From: Acidimicrobiia bacterium
Lineage (GTDB): Bacteria > Actinomycetota > Acidimicrobiia > Spongiisociales > ZC4RG35
Length of the DNA stretch: 64,000 nucleotides
Assembly: GCA_036556665.1 (NCBI GenBank)
Contig: DATBIX010000029.1
Coordinates: forward strand, 6,429 to 70,428
Reading direction: 5' to 3'
Part shown: piece by piece, positions 1 through 9,624 of the stretch
Position numbering within the stretch: the stretch's first letter is position 1
How the letters are laid out: every line of letters starts with the position of its first letter
Notes under the pieces: model-generated
The model's database searches: none
The model's input: the letters and a program-made list of their open reading frames with translations, nothing else
Told to the model about the DNA's origin: nothing
Made by a program: the position numbers and the translations under genes

Positions 1-172
1 CGTCCAGCCCCAGGTCGATACCGGCCCTCCGGGCACGGTCCCGGTCGGAGGAGAGTGCGCCGGCCACCAGCTCGTAGCGATCGTCGAGGCGCGCCGCAGC
101 CCGGTGCATCCCACCTATGAAGCTGCCCGGCCCGCCGCCGATCACAGCGAGGCGAAGCCGGCGGCCCAGCAT
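1..172 (-). CDS. Gfo/Idh/MocA family oxidoreductase (N-terminal part; runs off window)
   Basis: Manual translation from ATG at 172: [43 protein letters not shown], Rossmann start typical of this family. Confidence 0.8.
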   Translation of the reverse strand, partial: MLGRRLRLAVIGGGPGSFIGGMHRAAARLDDRYELVAGALSSDRDRARRAGIDLGLD

Positions 173-192
173 TGCGATCACCGGGTTGCCGC

Positions 193-1770
193 TCACCGGC
201 TCTCCTCCCCCACGATGACCCAGCGACCGCTGGCCCCCTGGCGCATCACGAAGGTGGTGTCCAACTCCGTGGTGAGACGTTCCTGCTCCTCACCATTCGG
301 GTCGTATCCCACCTGGTCGACGGTGCCTCTGGCGACCAGTGCCAGGCTGGCGCCACCTTGAGGCCCGTCCGTGAAGACGACGTCGAGATGCAGACTGTCG
401 AAGCTGTGCTCGTCGACCACCAAGTTGCCCAGGGTGGCCGCCACCTCCACCTTCCGCTCCATCTCGATCAGGCGGGGACCGTCGTCGACCGCTCGCAGCA
501 AGGAGGTGTCCGAGGAGAGCATCGCCTCCCCCTCGACTGCGAGGTCCTCGGCCAGCATCAGGGCCAGCTCGTCGGGATCCACCTCGCTGCTCAAGGCGAG
601 GGCATCGGGGCTCACCGTCACTTCGGGAAGGGTCGATGGATCGATGTCGACGTCGACCGACGACGACCCTGCAGCCGGTGAGGCAGCCACCCGAGCAGGA
701 GCCCCTGCCGCGACGATCAGGGCGGCGAGCGCGACAAGGGCGGAGCCGACCATCGCACCACGGAGGAATACCCTCCGCCGGCCTCCCGACGGGAGCGTTT
801 CGGTGAGCAGCGAAACCGGGGATCGCGCCGGCTCGCGACCGGGGAGGAGGCGATCGAACAGGTAACGGAGTGGGGTGAGGACCACCAGACCGCCGAGGAG
901 GGCCACCTTCGCCCCGAACTCGGTTGTCTGAGGCGCCATCAGCAGGGTGCAGGCGAGTGCGAGGGTGATTCCGAAGACGATCCGGGCCGACTTCCCCGCC
1001 GGAATGGTCTTGGGATCGGTGATCATGAAGAAGAGGAAGATCAACACCTCGGGAGAGGTGATGATGGTCCACCAGAAGGTCGATCCGCACACGGGTTGCA
1101 GGGCCCATGCCGTGGTCATGCAATGCCCCGAGGCGGCGAGCACCCCGATCCCGGCGGCGAGAGTGAGCCAGAAGCCGGCGGCGAGGGCGAGAAGCCGCAA
1201 CCGTCGGGTTATGAGGAGACCCCCGACGAGGATGATCAGATAGGCGGCCGCCATCCCGGGGTCGAGGGGGGACCACCAGAAGTCGAGGGGCTCGATCACT
1301 TCGCTCCCGATCACCAGGAAGGCAACGACGAGCCCGAGGTTGGAGGGGTTGAACACGTGTGAGCCCCGGAAGCGGATCAGGTACTTGCTGAGAAGCGAGA
1401 AGGCGGCGATCCCGGCAAAGAAATACCAGCCCGACCAGGTCCAGTGATCGCCTCGATCCTGGCCGACGATGCGCAGGATCAGGGCGACCCCGCTCCCGGT
1501 GAGCATGGCGCTGGCCGGCCACACGATCTCCTTGCTCTTGACGAAGGTCCAGCCGACCTCGATCAGAGCGCAGGTGAGTATCGCCACCAGTATCTGCGGG
1601 ACCGAGACCCTGAACCCGAGCGAGGTCTGGCCGAGGACGTGGATGGAGATGATCACCGCGGCGAGATGAAGACGCGGGTCGCCCACGTTGGGCAGGACCA
1701 CCGGGTAGTCGGCAGAGCCGAGACGGAGGGTGCGCAGGCCGGCAGTAGTCATCTGGGGAAAGGCTGCCAC
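193..1770 (-). CDS. RnfD/NqrB-like (NQR2_RnfD_RnfE family) polytopic membrane protein with C-terminal extracytoplasmic domain
   Basis: Many TM segments; HVFNPSN and [11 protein letters not shown] resemble RnfD/NqrB motifs; start may be ATG 1752. Confidence 0.65.
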   Translation of the reverse strand: MAAFPQMTTAGLRTLRLGSADYPVVLPNVGDPRLHLAAVIISIHVLGQTSLGFRVSVPQILVAILTCALIEVGWTFVKSKEIVWPASAMLTGSGVALILRIVGQDRGDHWTWSGWYFFAGIAAFSLLSKYLIRFRGSHVFNPSNLGLVVAFLVIGSEVIEPLDFWWSPLDPGMAAAYLIILVGGLLITRRLRLLALAAGFWLTLAAGIGVLAASGHCMTTAWALQPVCGSTFWWTIITSPEVLIFLFFMITDPKTIPAGKSARIVFGITLALACTLLMAPQTTEFGAKVALLGGLVVLTPLRYLFDRLLPGREPARSPVSLLTETLPSGGRRRVFLRGAMVGSALVALAALIVAAGAPARVAASPAAGSSSVDVDIDPSTLPEVTVSPDALALSSEVDPDELALMLAEDLAVEGEAMLSSDTSLLRAVDDGPRLIEMERKVEVAATLGNLVVDEHSFDSLHLDVVFTDGPQGGASLALVARGTVDQVGYDPNGEEQERLTTELDTTFVMRQGASGRWVIVGEESR

Positions 1771-1791
1771 ACCAGCCGGGTCAACGCGTGA

Positions 1792-2175
1792 TCAGCTCTG
1801 GCCGTACTCGGTGTCGCTGACCTTGCCTTCCCAAGCAGTGGGCCCTCCGCTGGTGATCGAGAGGTGCATCATCGGAGAGTCGGGCCTCGCCCCATGCCAA
1901 TGGCGCTCGCCGGGGGCGGCCCAGACCACGTCACCGGCACCGATCGCCTCGGCCGGGGAGCCTTCGCTCTGGACCAAGCCGGCTCCCGACACGACGTAGA
2001 GCACTTGGCCTTCGGGGTGACTGTGCCAATCCGTGCGCGCCCCGGGCGAGAACTGCACGGCGATCACGGTCGGGCCCGGCTCGCCTTCGACCAACCTGGT
2101 GTTCCAGACCGCCCCGGTGAAGTGCTCGAAAGGAGATGGGGCCCATTCCATGTGCTCGCCGCTCTTGTGCTCCAT
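1792..2175 (-). CDS. cupin domain protein
   Basis: WHSHPEGQVLYV and GERHWHGA cupin motifs. Confidence 0.85.
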   Translation of the reverse strand: MEHKSGEHMEWAPSPFEHFTGAVWNTRLVEGEPGPTVIAVQFSPGARTDWHSHPEGQVLYVVSGAGLVQSEGSPAEAIGAGDVVWAAPGERHWHGARPDSPMMHLSITSGGPTAWEGKVSDTEYGQS

Positions 2176-2184
2176 GGGCCGAAC

Positions 2185-2688
2185 CTAGCTCTCTGATACC
2201 GACGGCCGGCCCGGCGTGTCGAATCGCCGGGCGAGAAGGCGGAACTGCCCCGCCAGGGTGCGGCGAGCCAGACGTGGATAGAGCATTCGAGCGGCAATCC
2301 CGGGCGGATGGCGGAAGGTGGCGGTGGTGACCTGGGTCACACGGGAGTGAAGGCCATCAGGCACGACCGTCATCTCGATGTCTCGGGTCTGGAAGCGATC
2401 GACGGCCGTCCAGCGAATCGTGAGGTCGTGGATGCTCACGACCTCCAGGTCGACGTCGAACTGGAGTCGCTTTCCCCGTGGGCGGTCGAGATGCTGATGG
2501 AACCGGAACCTGGTCCCGACCACGACACCGTCCCCTTCGATCAGCTCGACCCATTCGACATTGGGGCACCACTCAGGGTCGTTCCTCGAATCCGAGACGT
2601 AGGCGAATACGTCCCGGGGTGACGCCGGGATGCGGGCGGAGACGGTCACCGGCCGCATGGGAGCGTTGCCCGCCGGCTGCTCAGACAT
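2185..2688 (-). CDS. SRPBCC / polyketide cyclase-dehydrase family protein
   Basis: IPASPRDVFAYVSDSRNDPEWCP N-terminal SRPBCC pattern. Confidence 0.8.
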   Translation of the reverse strand: MSEQPAGNAPMRPVTVSARIPASPRDVFAYVSDSRNDPEWCPNVEWVELIEGDGVVVGTRFRFHQHLDRPRGKRLQFDVDLEVVSIHDLTIRWTAVDRFQTRDIEMTVVPDGLHSRVTQVTTATFRHPPGIAARMLYPRLARRTLAGQFRLLARRFDTPGRPSVSES

Positions 2689-3016
2689 GTCCGTCCGTTG
2701 ACAACACGAAGAGCGGGATCACCCGCTCGGTGCGGTCTTGATAGGTCCGGTAGAGCGGGAAGGCAGAGGTCACCAGACTCCACAGCCGTCCTCGCTCGCG
2801 GCCATCGACCTCTCGGGCGACCACCTCCCGGGTCTGGCTCCCCTGCTTCACCAGGGCTCGGGGATTCGAGCGCAGGTTGTGCGCCCATTGCGGGTCATGC
2901 TCCGCTCCTGCCCAGGATGCCACGACGACCAGCCGCTCCTCGTCCGGGTAGGCATAGAGACGCACGTCGCGGGCCATACCGCTCCTCCGCCCCGTGGTCG
3001 TGAGCGTGATCGTCAT
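2681..3016 (-). CDS. F420H2-dependent nitroreductase/quinone reductase (DDN family), short form
   Basis: LTTTGRRSG, VVVASWAG, PQWAHNLRSNP, YQDRTERVIPLFVL. Confidence 0.85.
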   Translation of the reverse strand: MTITLTTTGRRSGMARDVRLYAYPDEERLVVVASWAGAEHDPQWAHNLRSNPRALVKQGSQTREVVAREVDGRERGRLWSLVTSAFPLYRTYQDRTERVIPLFVLSTDGHV

Positions 3017-3035
3017 CGCGGCACGTTATCGAAAG

Positions 3036-3049
3036 GGGACTTCCGGCCC
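3036..3049 (+). promoter_or_regulatory. DosR/DevR-like box upstream of hemerythrin-like gene
   Basis: GGGAC-TTCC-GGCCC; 24 nt later GATAGT (-10-like, 3074-3079), then 6 nt to ATG 3086. Confidence 0.6.
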
Positions 3050-3085
3050 TTCCCCGACGGAGTCACTGGATCAGATAGTTGGGTC

Positions 3086-3553
3086 ATGAGCTCGACACTC
3101 CAGCACGATTCCCCGAGCCCACTGGTCAGGGCCAACCACCGCCGACGCGCTCTCCATGAGGCGATGACCCGGCTCGAGGGGGCAATCGCCCGGCCGGTCG
3201 CCTCCGATGACTGGCTCGCCGAGGTCGATAGCGGGATGAAGGCGGTCACCAACGGTCTGCAGGCGCACATCCAGGAGGTCGAGGGGCCCGAAGGCATCAT
3301 CGCCGACATCGTGGACGTCGCCCCACGTCTCAGCGCGGCTGCCACCGAGCTGGCCAACGAGCACCACGGGATAACCGCGGCGATGCGCCGAGCCGAAACG
3401 GCCCTCGAGGCCGCCCGCCGTGGGGGTGCGACCGAGAAGACGCTGCTCCGCCGCCGGGTCACCACCCTGCTCGGACGGCTCACCATTCATCGACAGCACG
3501 GCTCCGACCTGGTGTACGACGCCTACAACATCGACATCGAGGCGGGTGACTGA
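3086..3553 (+). CDS. hemerythrin-like four-helix protein
   Basis: ATG 3086 in ORF 2738..3553; LHEAM, AHIQEVE, LANEHHG, IHRQHGSD His/Glu pattern. Confidence 0.6.
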   Translation: MSSTLQHDSPSPLVRANHRRRALHEAMTRLEGAIARPVASDDWLAEVDSGMKAVTNGLQAHIQEVEGPEGIIADIVDVAPRLSAAATELANEHHGITAAMRRAETALEAARRGGATEKTLLRRRVTTLLGRLTIHRQHGSDLVYDAYNIDIEAGD

Positions 3554-6441
3554 CCTCCTGGGGCACGGCGATCGTCCCCCGACCAGACTGAGGCCTCGCC
3601 TTCGGTGCCCAGTCGCCGGGCGATCAGCTTCCGCAGCTCGGCTGCCCAGAGCACAAGGCTCGCCAGCGCGATGCAAATCGACCAGTCACGCGGTCCGAGC
3701 GGGACAGTGCCGAAGGCCTGATTGAGCCACGGGGCTTGGACCACCGCGACCTGAAGGAGCCCCGACAAGGCAACCGCACCCCAAAGCCACCCATTCGTGA
3801 ACAGGCTCCTGAAGGCGCTGCTTCGATCCGATCGTGCGTTGAAGCAATTGAACAGTTGGGCAAAGACCAGGGTGGTGAAGGCCATCGTGCGCGCCTCGTC
3901 GATCGTGCCGGTTCCCTCGAAGAGCCCACCGGGGAGCCCAAGGTCGAGGGCGGTCAACGTGACCACCGCCATCACCAACCCGACCCAGATGATCCCGATC
4001 CACATCTCCTTGTCGATGACCCGCTCGGTGAGATGCCGGGGTGGCCGGAGCATCACGTCGTGGGGGGGCGGCTCGACGCCCATGGCAAGTGCGGGCCCTG
4101 TGTCGGTGAGCAGGTTGATCCACAGGATCTGGGTGGCGAGAAGCGGCACGGCCACCGCCCCTCCCGCCTGTTCCAGCCCGATCACCCCGGCCAGGACCAC
4201 CCCGAGGAACATGGTCAAGACTTCCCCGGTGTTGGACGACAGGAGGAAGCGAAGGAACTTCCGGATATTGGCGAAGATGCCCCTCCCCTCGCGCACGGCA
4301 GCGATGATCGTGGCGAAGTTGTCGTCGGCCAAGACCATGTCAGAGGCCTCTTTGGTCACGTCTGTGCCGGTGAGGCCCATGGCCACGCCGATGTCGGCTG
4401 CTTTCAGCGCAGGGGCATCGTTCACCCCGTCACCGGTCATGGCGACGATGTTGCCCTCGGCCTGAAGTGCCCTGACGATCCGCAGCTTGTGCTCGGGAGC
4501 GACTCGGGCGAAAACGGTGGCACTCCTCACCACCGCACTCAGCCCATCGTCGTCCATCTCCTCCAGCTCGGAGCCGGTGACGACTGCCTCTTGCTCGGAA
4601 ATGCCCAGGTCCCCCGCGATCCGGGCCGCGGTGAGTGGGTGGTCGCCGGTGATCATCAGGATCCGGATCCTCGCCTCGAGGGCGTCGGCCACGGCGGCCC
4701 GCGCCTCGGGGCGGGGCGGATCGATGATCCCAACCGTTCCCAGGTAGATCATCTCCTGCTCCACGGCATCTTCGTCACTGCTGCTCGCCCCATCGGGGAG
4801 AGGGCGGTAGGCAACGGCCATGGTTCGCAGTGCCTGACCGGCGAGCCGGTCGACCGTGGCGAGTATCTGTCGGCGGCGCTCCTCGGTGAGCGCTCGCTTT
4901 TCGCCCGCCACCAGCTCCAGGGTGCATCGGGCGAGAAGGACGTCGGGCGCCCCTTTGGTGACCACGTCGACCTGACCGTCACGCTCGGCGTCGGCCTGCA
5001 GGGTGGTCATCAGCTTCCGCTCGGAGCTGAACGGGATCTCACCGACTCGCCGGAATCGGGCCTCGCGCGACGCGGTGAGCCCGAGTTTCGCCTCGGCGAC
5101 GAGGAAGGCGCCCTCGGTGGGATCGCCATGGATCACCCATTCACCGTTCTCCCGACGCAGGACCGCGTCGTTGGCCAGGCTGCCTCCCATCAAGACCAGG
5201 CCGACCTCCTCGAGGAGCGGCCCCTCAGGTATTGGCTCATCCCCCGCCAGCACCTCGCCCTCCGGCCGGTAGCCGGTGCCGGTCACGTCGACCTCCCCCG
5301 ACGGAGTCGCCACCTTCACGAGGGTCATCTCGCTTCGGGTCAGAGTGCCGGTCTTGTCCGAGCCCACCACCGAGGCCGAGCCGAGCGTCTCGACCGACGA
5401 CAGCTTCTTGACGATGGCGTTCTTGTGAGCCATGCGTTGCACGCCGAGGGCAAGCACAAGGGAGAGGACAGCGGGGAGACTCTCTGGCACCGCGGCCACC
5501 GCAAGGGACACCCCCACCAACAGCACCGCGACGAAGTCGGCGGGCTCCCGGATCTCGCTGCCGAGGAGGATCGTGCCCACGACCACCGCGGAGATGATGA
5601 TCACAGCGATCCCGAGGGCACGGCCGATGGCGTCTACCTCGCGCTGCAGTGGCGTGCGCGCCTCCTCGGTTGTATCGAGGAGCCGAGCGATGTTTCCCAT
5701 CTCACTGGCCATCCCGGTGGCCGTCACGATGGCGCGTCCCCGGCCTCTGGTCACAGCGGTGCCGTTGAACACCATGTTGGTCCGGTCGCCGAGAGAGGAG
5801 GGCTCGTCGAGAGGAGCCGTGCTCTTGCTGACCGGCTCACTCTCACCCGTCAGCGACGCCTCGGCCACCATCAGGGACGCCACGTCGAACACCCTCGCAT
5901 CTGCGCTGACCGCGTCACCCTCGGCGAGGAGCAGGACGTCTCCAGGCACGACTTCGACGGAAGGCACCTGCATCTCCTCGCCATCGCGCAGGACGGATGC
6001 AGATGTCGAAGCCATCTCCTGTAGCGCGGCCACCGCGCGCTCGGCGCGCGCCTCCTGAACGTACCCGAGGATGGCGTTGGCGATCACGATCACCAGGATC
6101 ACCAATGCCTCGAAGGGCACGTCCTCGGCTCCCTCGATGGCCCAGACCGCGAGAGACACCACGACTGCGGCCAGCAGGAGGTAGACCAGCGGGTCGGCGA
6201 GATGGGAGAGGAACTTGCGCCAGCGTGGGACCGGTGGCTCCGATTCGAGCCGGTTCGGCCCGAATCTCTCCAGACGGGCCGATGCGTCACCCGGCGTCAG
6301 GCCACGGCTGGTCTCACAACCCAGCCCTGAGGCCACCTCATCCGCCGAACGCAACCAGGGCTGATCGGGAAGGGCTGTCTCGACCGGGGTCTCGGGCACG
6401 TCGAAACGGTAGGCGACCAGGGTGGGTGTCTCGGGAGACAC
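3523..6441 (-). CDS. cation-translocating P-type ATPase, P2A (Ca2+/CtpF-like)
   Basis: TGES, DKTGTLT, KGAPD, GDGVND; TM4 VPESLP, TM5 SSNTGE, TM6 INLLTD. Confidence 0.92.
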   Translation of the reverse strand: MSPETPTLVAYRFDVPETPVETALPDQPWLRSADEVASGLGCETSRGLTPGDASARLERFGPNRLESEPPVPRWRKFLSHLADPLVYLLLAAVVVSLAVWAIEGAEDVPFEALVILVIVIANAILGYVQEARAERAVAALQEMASTSASVLRDGEEMQVPSVEVVPGDVLLLAEGDAVSADARVFDVASLMVAEASLTGESEPVSKSTAPLDEPSSLGDRTNMVFNGTAVTRGRGRAIVTATGMASEMGNIARLLDTTEEARTPLQREVDAIGRALGIAVIIISAVVVGTILLGSEIREPADFVAVLLVGVSLAVAAVPESLPAVLSLVLALGVQRMAHKNAIVKKLSSVETLGSASVVGSDKTGTLTRSEMTLVKVATPSGEVDVTGTGYRPEGEVLAGDEPIPEGPLLEEVGLVLMGGSLANDAVLRRENGEWVIHGDPTEGAFLVAEAKLGLTASREARFRRVGEIPFSSERKLMTTLQADAERDGQVDVVTKGAPDVLLARCTLELVAGEKRALTEERRRQILATVDRLAGQALRTMAVAYRPLPDGASSSDEDAVEQEMIYLGTVGIIDPPRPEARAAVADALEARIRILMITGDHPLTAARIAGDLGISEQEAVVTGSELEEMDDDGLSAVVRSATVFARVAPEHKLRIVRALQAEGNIVAMTGDGVNDAPALKAADIGVAMGLTGTDVTKEASDMVLADDNFATIIAAVREGRGIFANIRKFLRFLLSSNTGEVLTMFLGVVLAGVIGLEQAGGAVAVPLLATQILWINLLTDTGPALAMGVEPPPHDVMLRPPRHLTERVIDKEMWIGIIWVGLVMAVVTLTALDLGLPGGLFEGTGTIDEARTMAFTTLVFAQLFNCFNARSDRSSAFRSLFTNGWLWGAVALSGLLQVAVVQAPWLNQAFGTVPLGPRDWSICIALASLVLWAAELRKLIARRLGTEGEASVWSGDDRRAPGGQSPASMSML

Positions 6442-6484
6442 CGAGGTCTCCCAGGTGGCCGGGCCTTTCCAGGACGAAGACCGA

Positions 6485-8104
6485 TCAGCCTTCCACGATC
6501 ACCTTTGCCCTCATCCAGGGGTGAGGAGTGCAGAAGTACTCGAACTCACCGACCTCGGTGAAGGTGTAGCTGAACGTGGCGCCCGTCTCGAGGAATCCTG
6601 AATCGAACGACCCGTCCACCGCAGTGACCGTGTGCATCTGACCCTCGTCGTCGTTGGTCCAGGTCACGGTGGTGCCGACACTCACCGTGAGCGTGTTGAC
6701 GGAGTAGTCCGCGGGGTCCTCCGTGGCTTCGAACTCGTCGGGTGCGCTCAGATCCTGGGTGGTCCATGCACCGGGGAGTATCGAGACGCTCTCACCGGTG
6801 GCCGCACCCTCGGTGGTCCCGGTCATCTCGTGACCGCCCGCTGCCGCCTCACCGGTCCCGGTGACATCCTCGAAGATCTCCGGATTCGGATCGCCCGAGA
6901 TGACTATCTGACCGATGGCTCCCTTGTCGACTGCCCGGGCCAGCGCGTGGTCGACGAGGACGACGGTCGAAGGGACCTGACCGATCAGCTCCACGACGGT
7001 CCCTCCGCCGGCCGGGACCAGAGTGGTCTGCGAGCCGCGCAGAGGTGGGTTCAAGAGAGCCGCCTCGGGATAGACCTTGTCCCAGTGGGACCCGATGGGG
7101 TGGAAGTTGGAGTCGAGGTTCAGGCCCGCGTTGATGAAGTACAGGCGGGCACGCTCGCCCACAGCCATCTGCAAGGCGTTGTCCCCGGTGAGGGAGCCGA
7201 CGGCTCCGTTGAACACGACGAACGTCGGAGCCTCGTCGGTCACCGCGGCGCGATCGAACTCGACGACACCCGGCTGCCGGTCGACGGTGTAGTACTCGGA
7301 CTGGACCATGTACCACTCGTGAGCCACTACGGGTAGCGGGTCCTCGGGGTCGACCAGGATCCCACCGAACATCCCGTGTGAGATATGGGCCGGGATGTCC
7401 CCGTAGGCGCAGTGGTACATGAAGAATCCCGGATAGAGGAGGCGGGCTTCGATGGTCTTGGTCTCACCGGGAGCGACTGTCGTCGCTTCGGCGCCGCCAC
7501 CCTGGCCGGTCACCGAGTGGAAGTCCACGTTGTGCGGGTTGTGACTCGTGGACGGGTTGGTGATGGTGAAGCGAAGGACATCGCCGACACGGGCCCTGAT
7601 CACCGGTCCCGGGGTGCCAACGACCAGGCCGTCGGGGCCATCGAGAAGGCGATATCCCCAGGTCTCGGTCTCGATCCCCGTGGCGGGGTCGATCGTCGAA
7701 ATCCCCTCGACCACCTCGAAGTGGACCTCGACGATCGCCTGGTCCGCCCGACCCGACGGGGGAGGCATCTGTGGTGCGATGGCGACGTTGACCTCGTCGG
7801 ACGGCACGACAGAGAGTTGGTCCTTGGGCATCAGCGTCGGCATGACGTCCTCCGGGAGCTCCACGGTCCCGGCTACGTCGCCCGATGCCAGATAGGCGTC
7901 GATCCTGTCCGAGACGATCGCGTCGTCCACGGAGTCACGACTGGCGGTGATCATGAGCGAGGCGACGCCTATGCCCACCGCGATGAGAGTCCCAACGATT
8001 CCGAGGGCCACCAGAGTGCCCAGTGTGTAATGCGGGTGTGGAGGTGGGGGCGGCGGCTGCGTGTGGCCGGGTTGGGCTTGTGCACGATCCACTGTCTGCG
8101 CCAT
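6485..8104 (-). CDS. nirK: copper-containing nitrite reductase with N-terminal TM anchor and C-terminal cupredoxin domain
   Basis: HNVDFH, YHCAYGDIPAHISHGMFG, NFHPIG; C-terminal HTVTA...YFCTPHPWM type-1 Cu site. Confidence 0.9.
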   Translation of the reverse strand: MAQTVDRAQAQPGHTQPPPPPPHPHYTLGTLVALGIVGTLIAVGIGVASLMITASRDSVDDAIVSDRIDAYLASGDVAGTVELPEDVMPTLMPKDQLSVVPSDEVNVAIAPQMPPPSGRADQAIVEVHFEVVEGISTIDPATGIETETWGYRLLDGPDGLVVGTPGPVIRARVGDVLRFTITNPSTSHNPHNVDFHSVTGQGGGAEATTVAPGETKTIEARLLYPGFFMYHCAYGDIPAHISHGMFGGILVDPEDPLPVVAHEWYMVQSEYYTVDRQPGVVEFDRAAVTDEAPTFVVFNGAVGSLTGDNALQMAVGERARLYFINAGLNLDSNFHPIGSHWDKVYPEAALLNPPLRGSQTTLVPAGGGTVVELIGQVPSTVVLVDHALARAVDKGAIGQIVISGDPNPEIFEDVTGTGEAAAGGHEMTGTTEGAATGESVSILPGAWTTQDLSAPDEFEATEDPADYSVNTLTVSVGTTVTWTNDDEGQMHTVTAVDGSFDSGFLETGATFSYTFTEVGEFEYFCTPHPWMRAKVIVEG

Positions 8105-8514
8105 CAGTTGCCTCCTTGGAGCTCGGTCTGCAACACGAAGACCTCGTCGAAGCCATCATCGAGAACGCGCCTGGCTTCCACCCAGATGGCGTGGATGGGA
8201 CAGGAGATGTCTCCAGGGCACGGGGCATCCCGGAGGACGCACCGCCCACTGGCCGAAGGCCCCTCGGTGGCTTCGATCACCTGGAGAAGACGGGCCTGGT
8301 GGGCCGACTCGGTGAGCTCATAGCCCCCTCCGGGTCCTCGCCGGGAAACGACCCAGCCTCCCCGGACCAGGCCCGCCATGACCTGGGGCAGGAACGAGGA
8401 CGTGGTACCGATCGAACGGGCGAGCTCGGCTCGGCCCAGCCTCCCACCGGCCTCGAGGAGTGCCCGCATAGCCTCGAGGGCGAGATCGGTGCGACGGCTG
8501 AATGTGATGTTCAT
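8104..8514 (-). CDS. Rrf2 family transcriptional regulator with three Cys (Fe-S type)
   Basis: SRRGPGGGYEL; C-x6-C-x5-C (CVLRDAPCPGDISC); ATG 8514; TGATG overlap with nirK. Confidence 0.9.
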   Translation of the reverse strand: MNITFSRRTDLALEAMRALLEAGGRLGRAELARSIGTTSSFLPQVMAGLVRGGWVVSRRGPGGGYELTESAHQARLLQVIEATEGPSASGRCVLRDAPCPGDISCPIHAIWVEARRVLDDGFDEVFVLQTELQGGN

Positions 8515-8540
8515 TAGTTGTTGAGTCGACAACTGATGAA
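8510..8540. promoter_or_regulatory. 12-7-12 inverted repeat over the Rrf2 start (candidate Rrf2 operator)
   Basis: TTCATTAGTTGT-TGAGTCG-ACAACTGATGAA, 11/12 arm match, AT-rich in a GC-rich genome. Confidence 0.6.
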
Positions 8541-8552
8541 TTCGATCCAGTA

Positions 8553-8566
8553 GGGCCATTGGTCCC
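8553..8566. promoter_or_regulatory. DosR/DevR-like box between rrf2-nirK and mgtE
   Basis: TA-GGGCC-ATTG-GTCCC-TA. Confidence 0.6.
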
Positions 8567-8628
8567 TATCGGGGTCTCACGACGCCGGCGGCATGGCCCG
8601 AGACGGGACGCGCCCCTAGGTAACGTCC

Positions 8629-9624
8629 TTGGCCAGGAGCCAAGTCATCGAGTCTTCACCCCGGCCAGAGCCGACAAGCGAGAGCGCATTCGCCCTCGCC
8701 TCCACTCGTGTCCCCATCGCCGGTCGCCACGACACGGTGTCGGAGGTCCTCAGACGGCTCCGCGCCAATGGACGGCTCGAGACCATCGCCGACATCGCCG
8801 TGGTCGAAGACGGCCATCTGCTCGGGCTGGTCCCCATCGAGGATCTCCTCGCCGCTCCAGACGACGCGGTCGCCGCCACGCTGATGGATCCCGACCCGCC
8901 CCTGGTTCGGCCCGGTGTCGACCAGGAGGTGGCGGCCACCAAGGCGGTCACACGCGGTGAGAGCAGTCTGGCCGTGGTCGACGAGGACGGCCTCTTTCTC
9001 GGCCTGATCCCTCCGCATCGGATGCTCAGCGTCCTGCTGGAGGAGCATCGGGAGGACCTGGCTCGTCTCAGCGGGTACCTGCATCAGAGCGAGTCGGCGC
9101 GGTCAGCCAGCGAAGAAGGTGTCGCCCTTCGCCTTTGGCACAGGTTCCCCTGGCTGGTGGTAGGGCTGGCTTCGGCGATGGCGGCAGCCGTCATCGTCTC
9201 GGGCTTCGAACAGGGCCTCGCCTCCCACATCGAGCTGGTGTTCTTCATCCCGGGAATCGTCTACATCGCCGATGCGGTGGGAACGCAGACAGAGGTCCTG
9301 GTGGTGCGAGGGCTGTCCGTCGGCGTCTCGGTCCGCAGGATCGTCGGCAGGGAGCTTGCCACCGGATTGGCGCTCGGGCTCATCCTCGGCATCCTCGCCT
9401 TTCCCGCAGTGCTCTACTGGGTCGACCGGCCGGTGGCGTTGACGGTGTCGACCAGCATTTGGGCCGCATCGACCGTGGCGACCCTCGTCGCCATGGCCCT
9501 CCCCTGGCTGCTATCACGGGCCGGGTTGGACCCGGCTTTTGGGAGCGGGCCGCTGGCGACGGTGATCCAGGACCTGCTCTCCCTGGCCATCTACTTCGCC
9601 TTTGCCGGCCTGTTCGTGCTCTGA
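8629..9624 (+). CDS. mgtE: magnesium transporter MgtE-like (CBS pair + TM domain, no MgtE N-terminal domain)
   Basis: CBS repeats ([25 protein letters not shown]), [25 protein letters not shown]; start uncertain. Confidence 0.85.
   Translation: MARSQVIESSPRPEPTSESAFALASTRVPIAGRHDTVSEVLRRLRANGRLETIADIAVVEDGHLLGLVPIEDLLAAPDDAVAATLMDPDPPLVRPGVDQEVAATKAVTRGESSLAVVDEDGLFLGLIPPHRMLSVLLEEHREDLARLSGYLHQSESARSASEEGVALRLWHRFPWLVVGLASAMAAAVIVSGFEQGLASHIELVFFIPGIVYIADAVGTQTEVLVVRGLSVGVSVRRIVGRELATGLALGLILGILAFPAVLYWVDRPVALTVSTSIWAASTVATLVAMALPWLLSRAGLDPAFGSGPLATVIQDLLSLAIYFAFAGLFVL

Noticed and set aside
193-1770. A functional Rnf/Nqr ion-pumping complex
   Set aside because: Only one subunit-like gene, lacking the FMN attachment motif
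3736-6024. 762-aa + strand ORF and many other long overlapping ORFs in the track
   Set aside because: Antisense or alternate-frame shadows of well-supported genes, expected in high-GC DNA with few stops; no recognisable motifs
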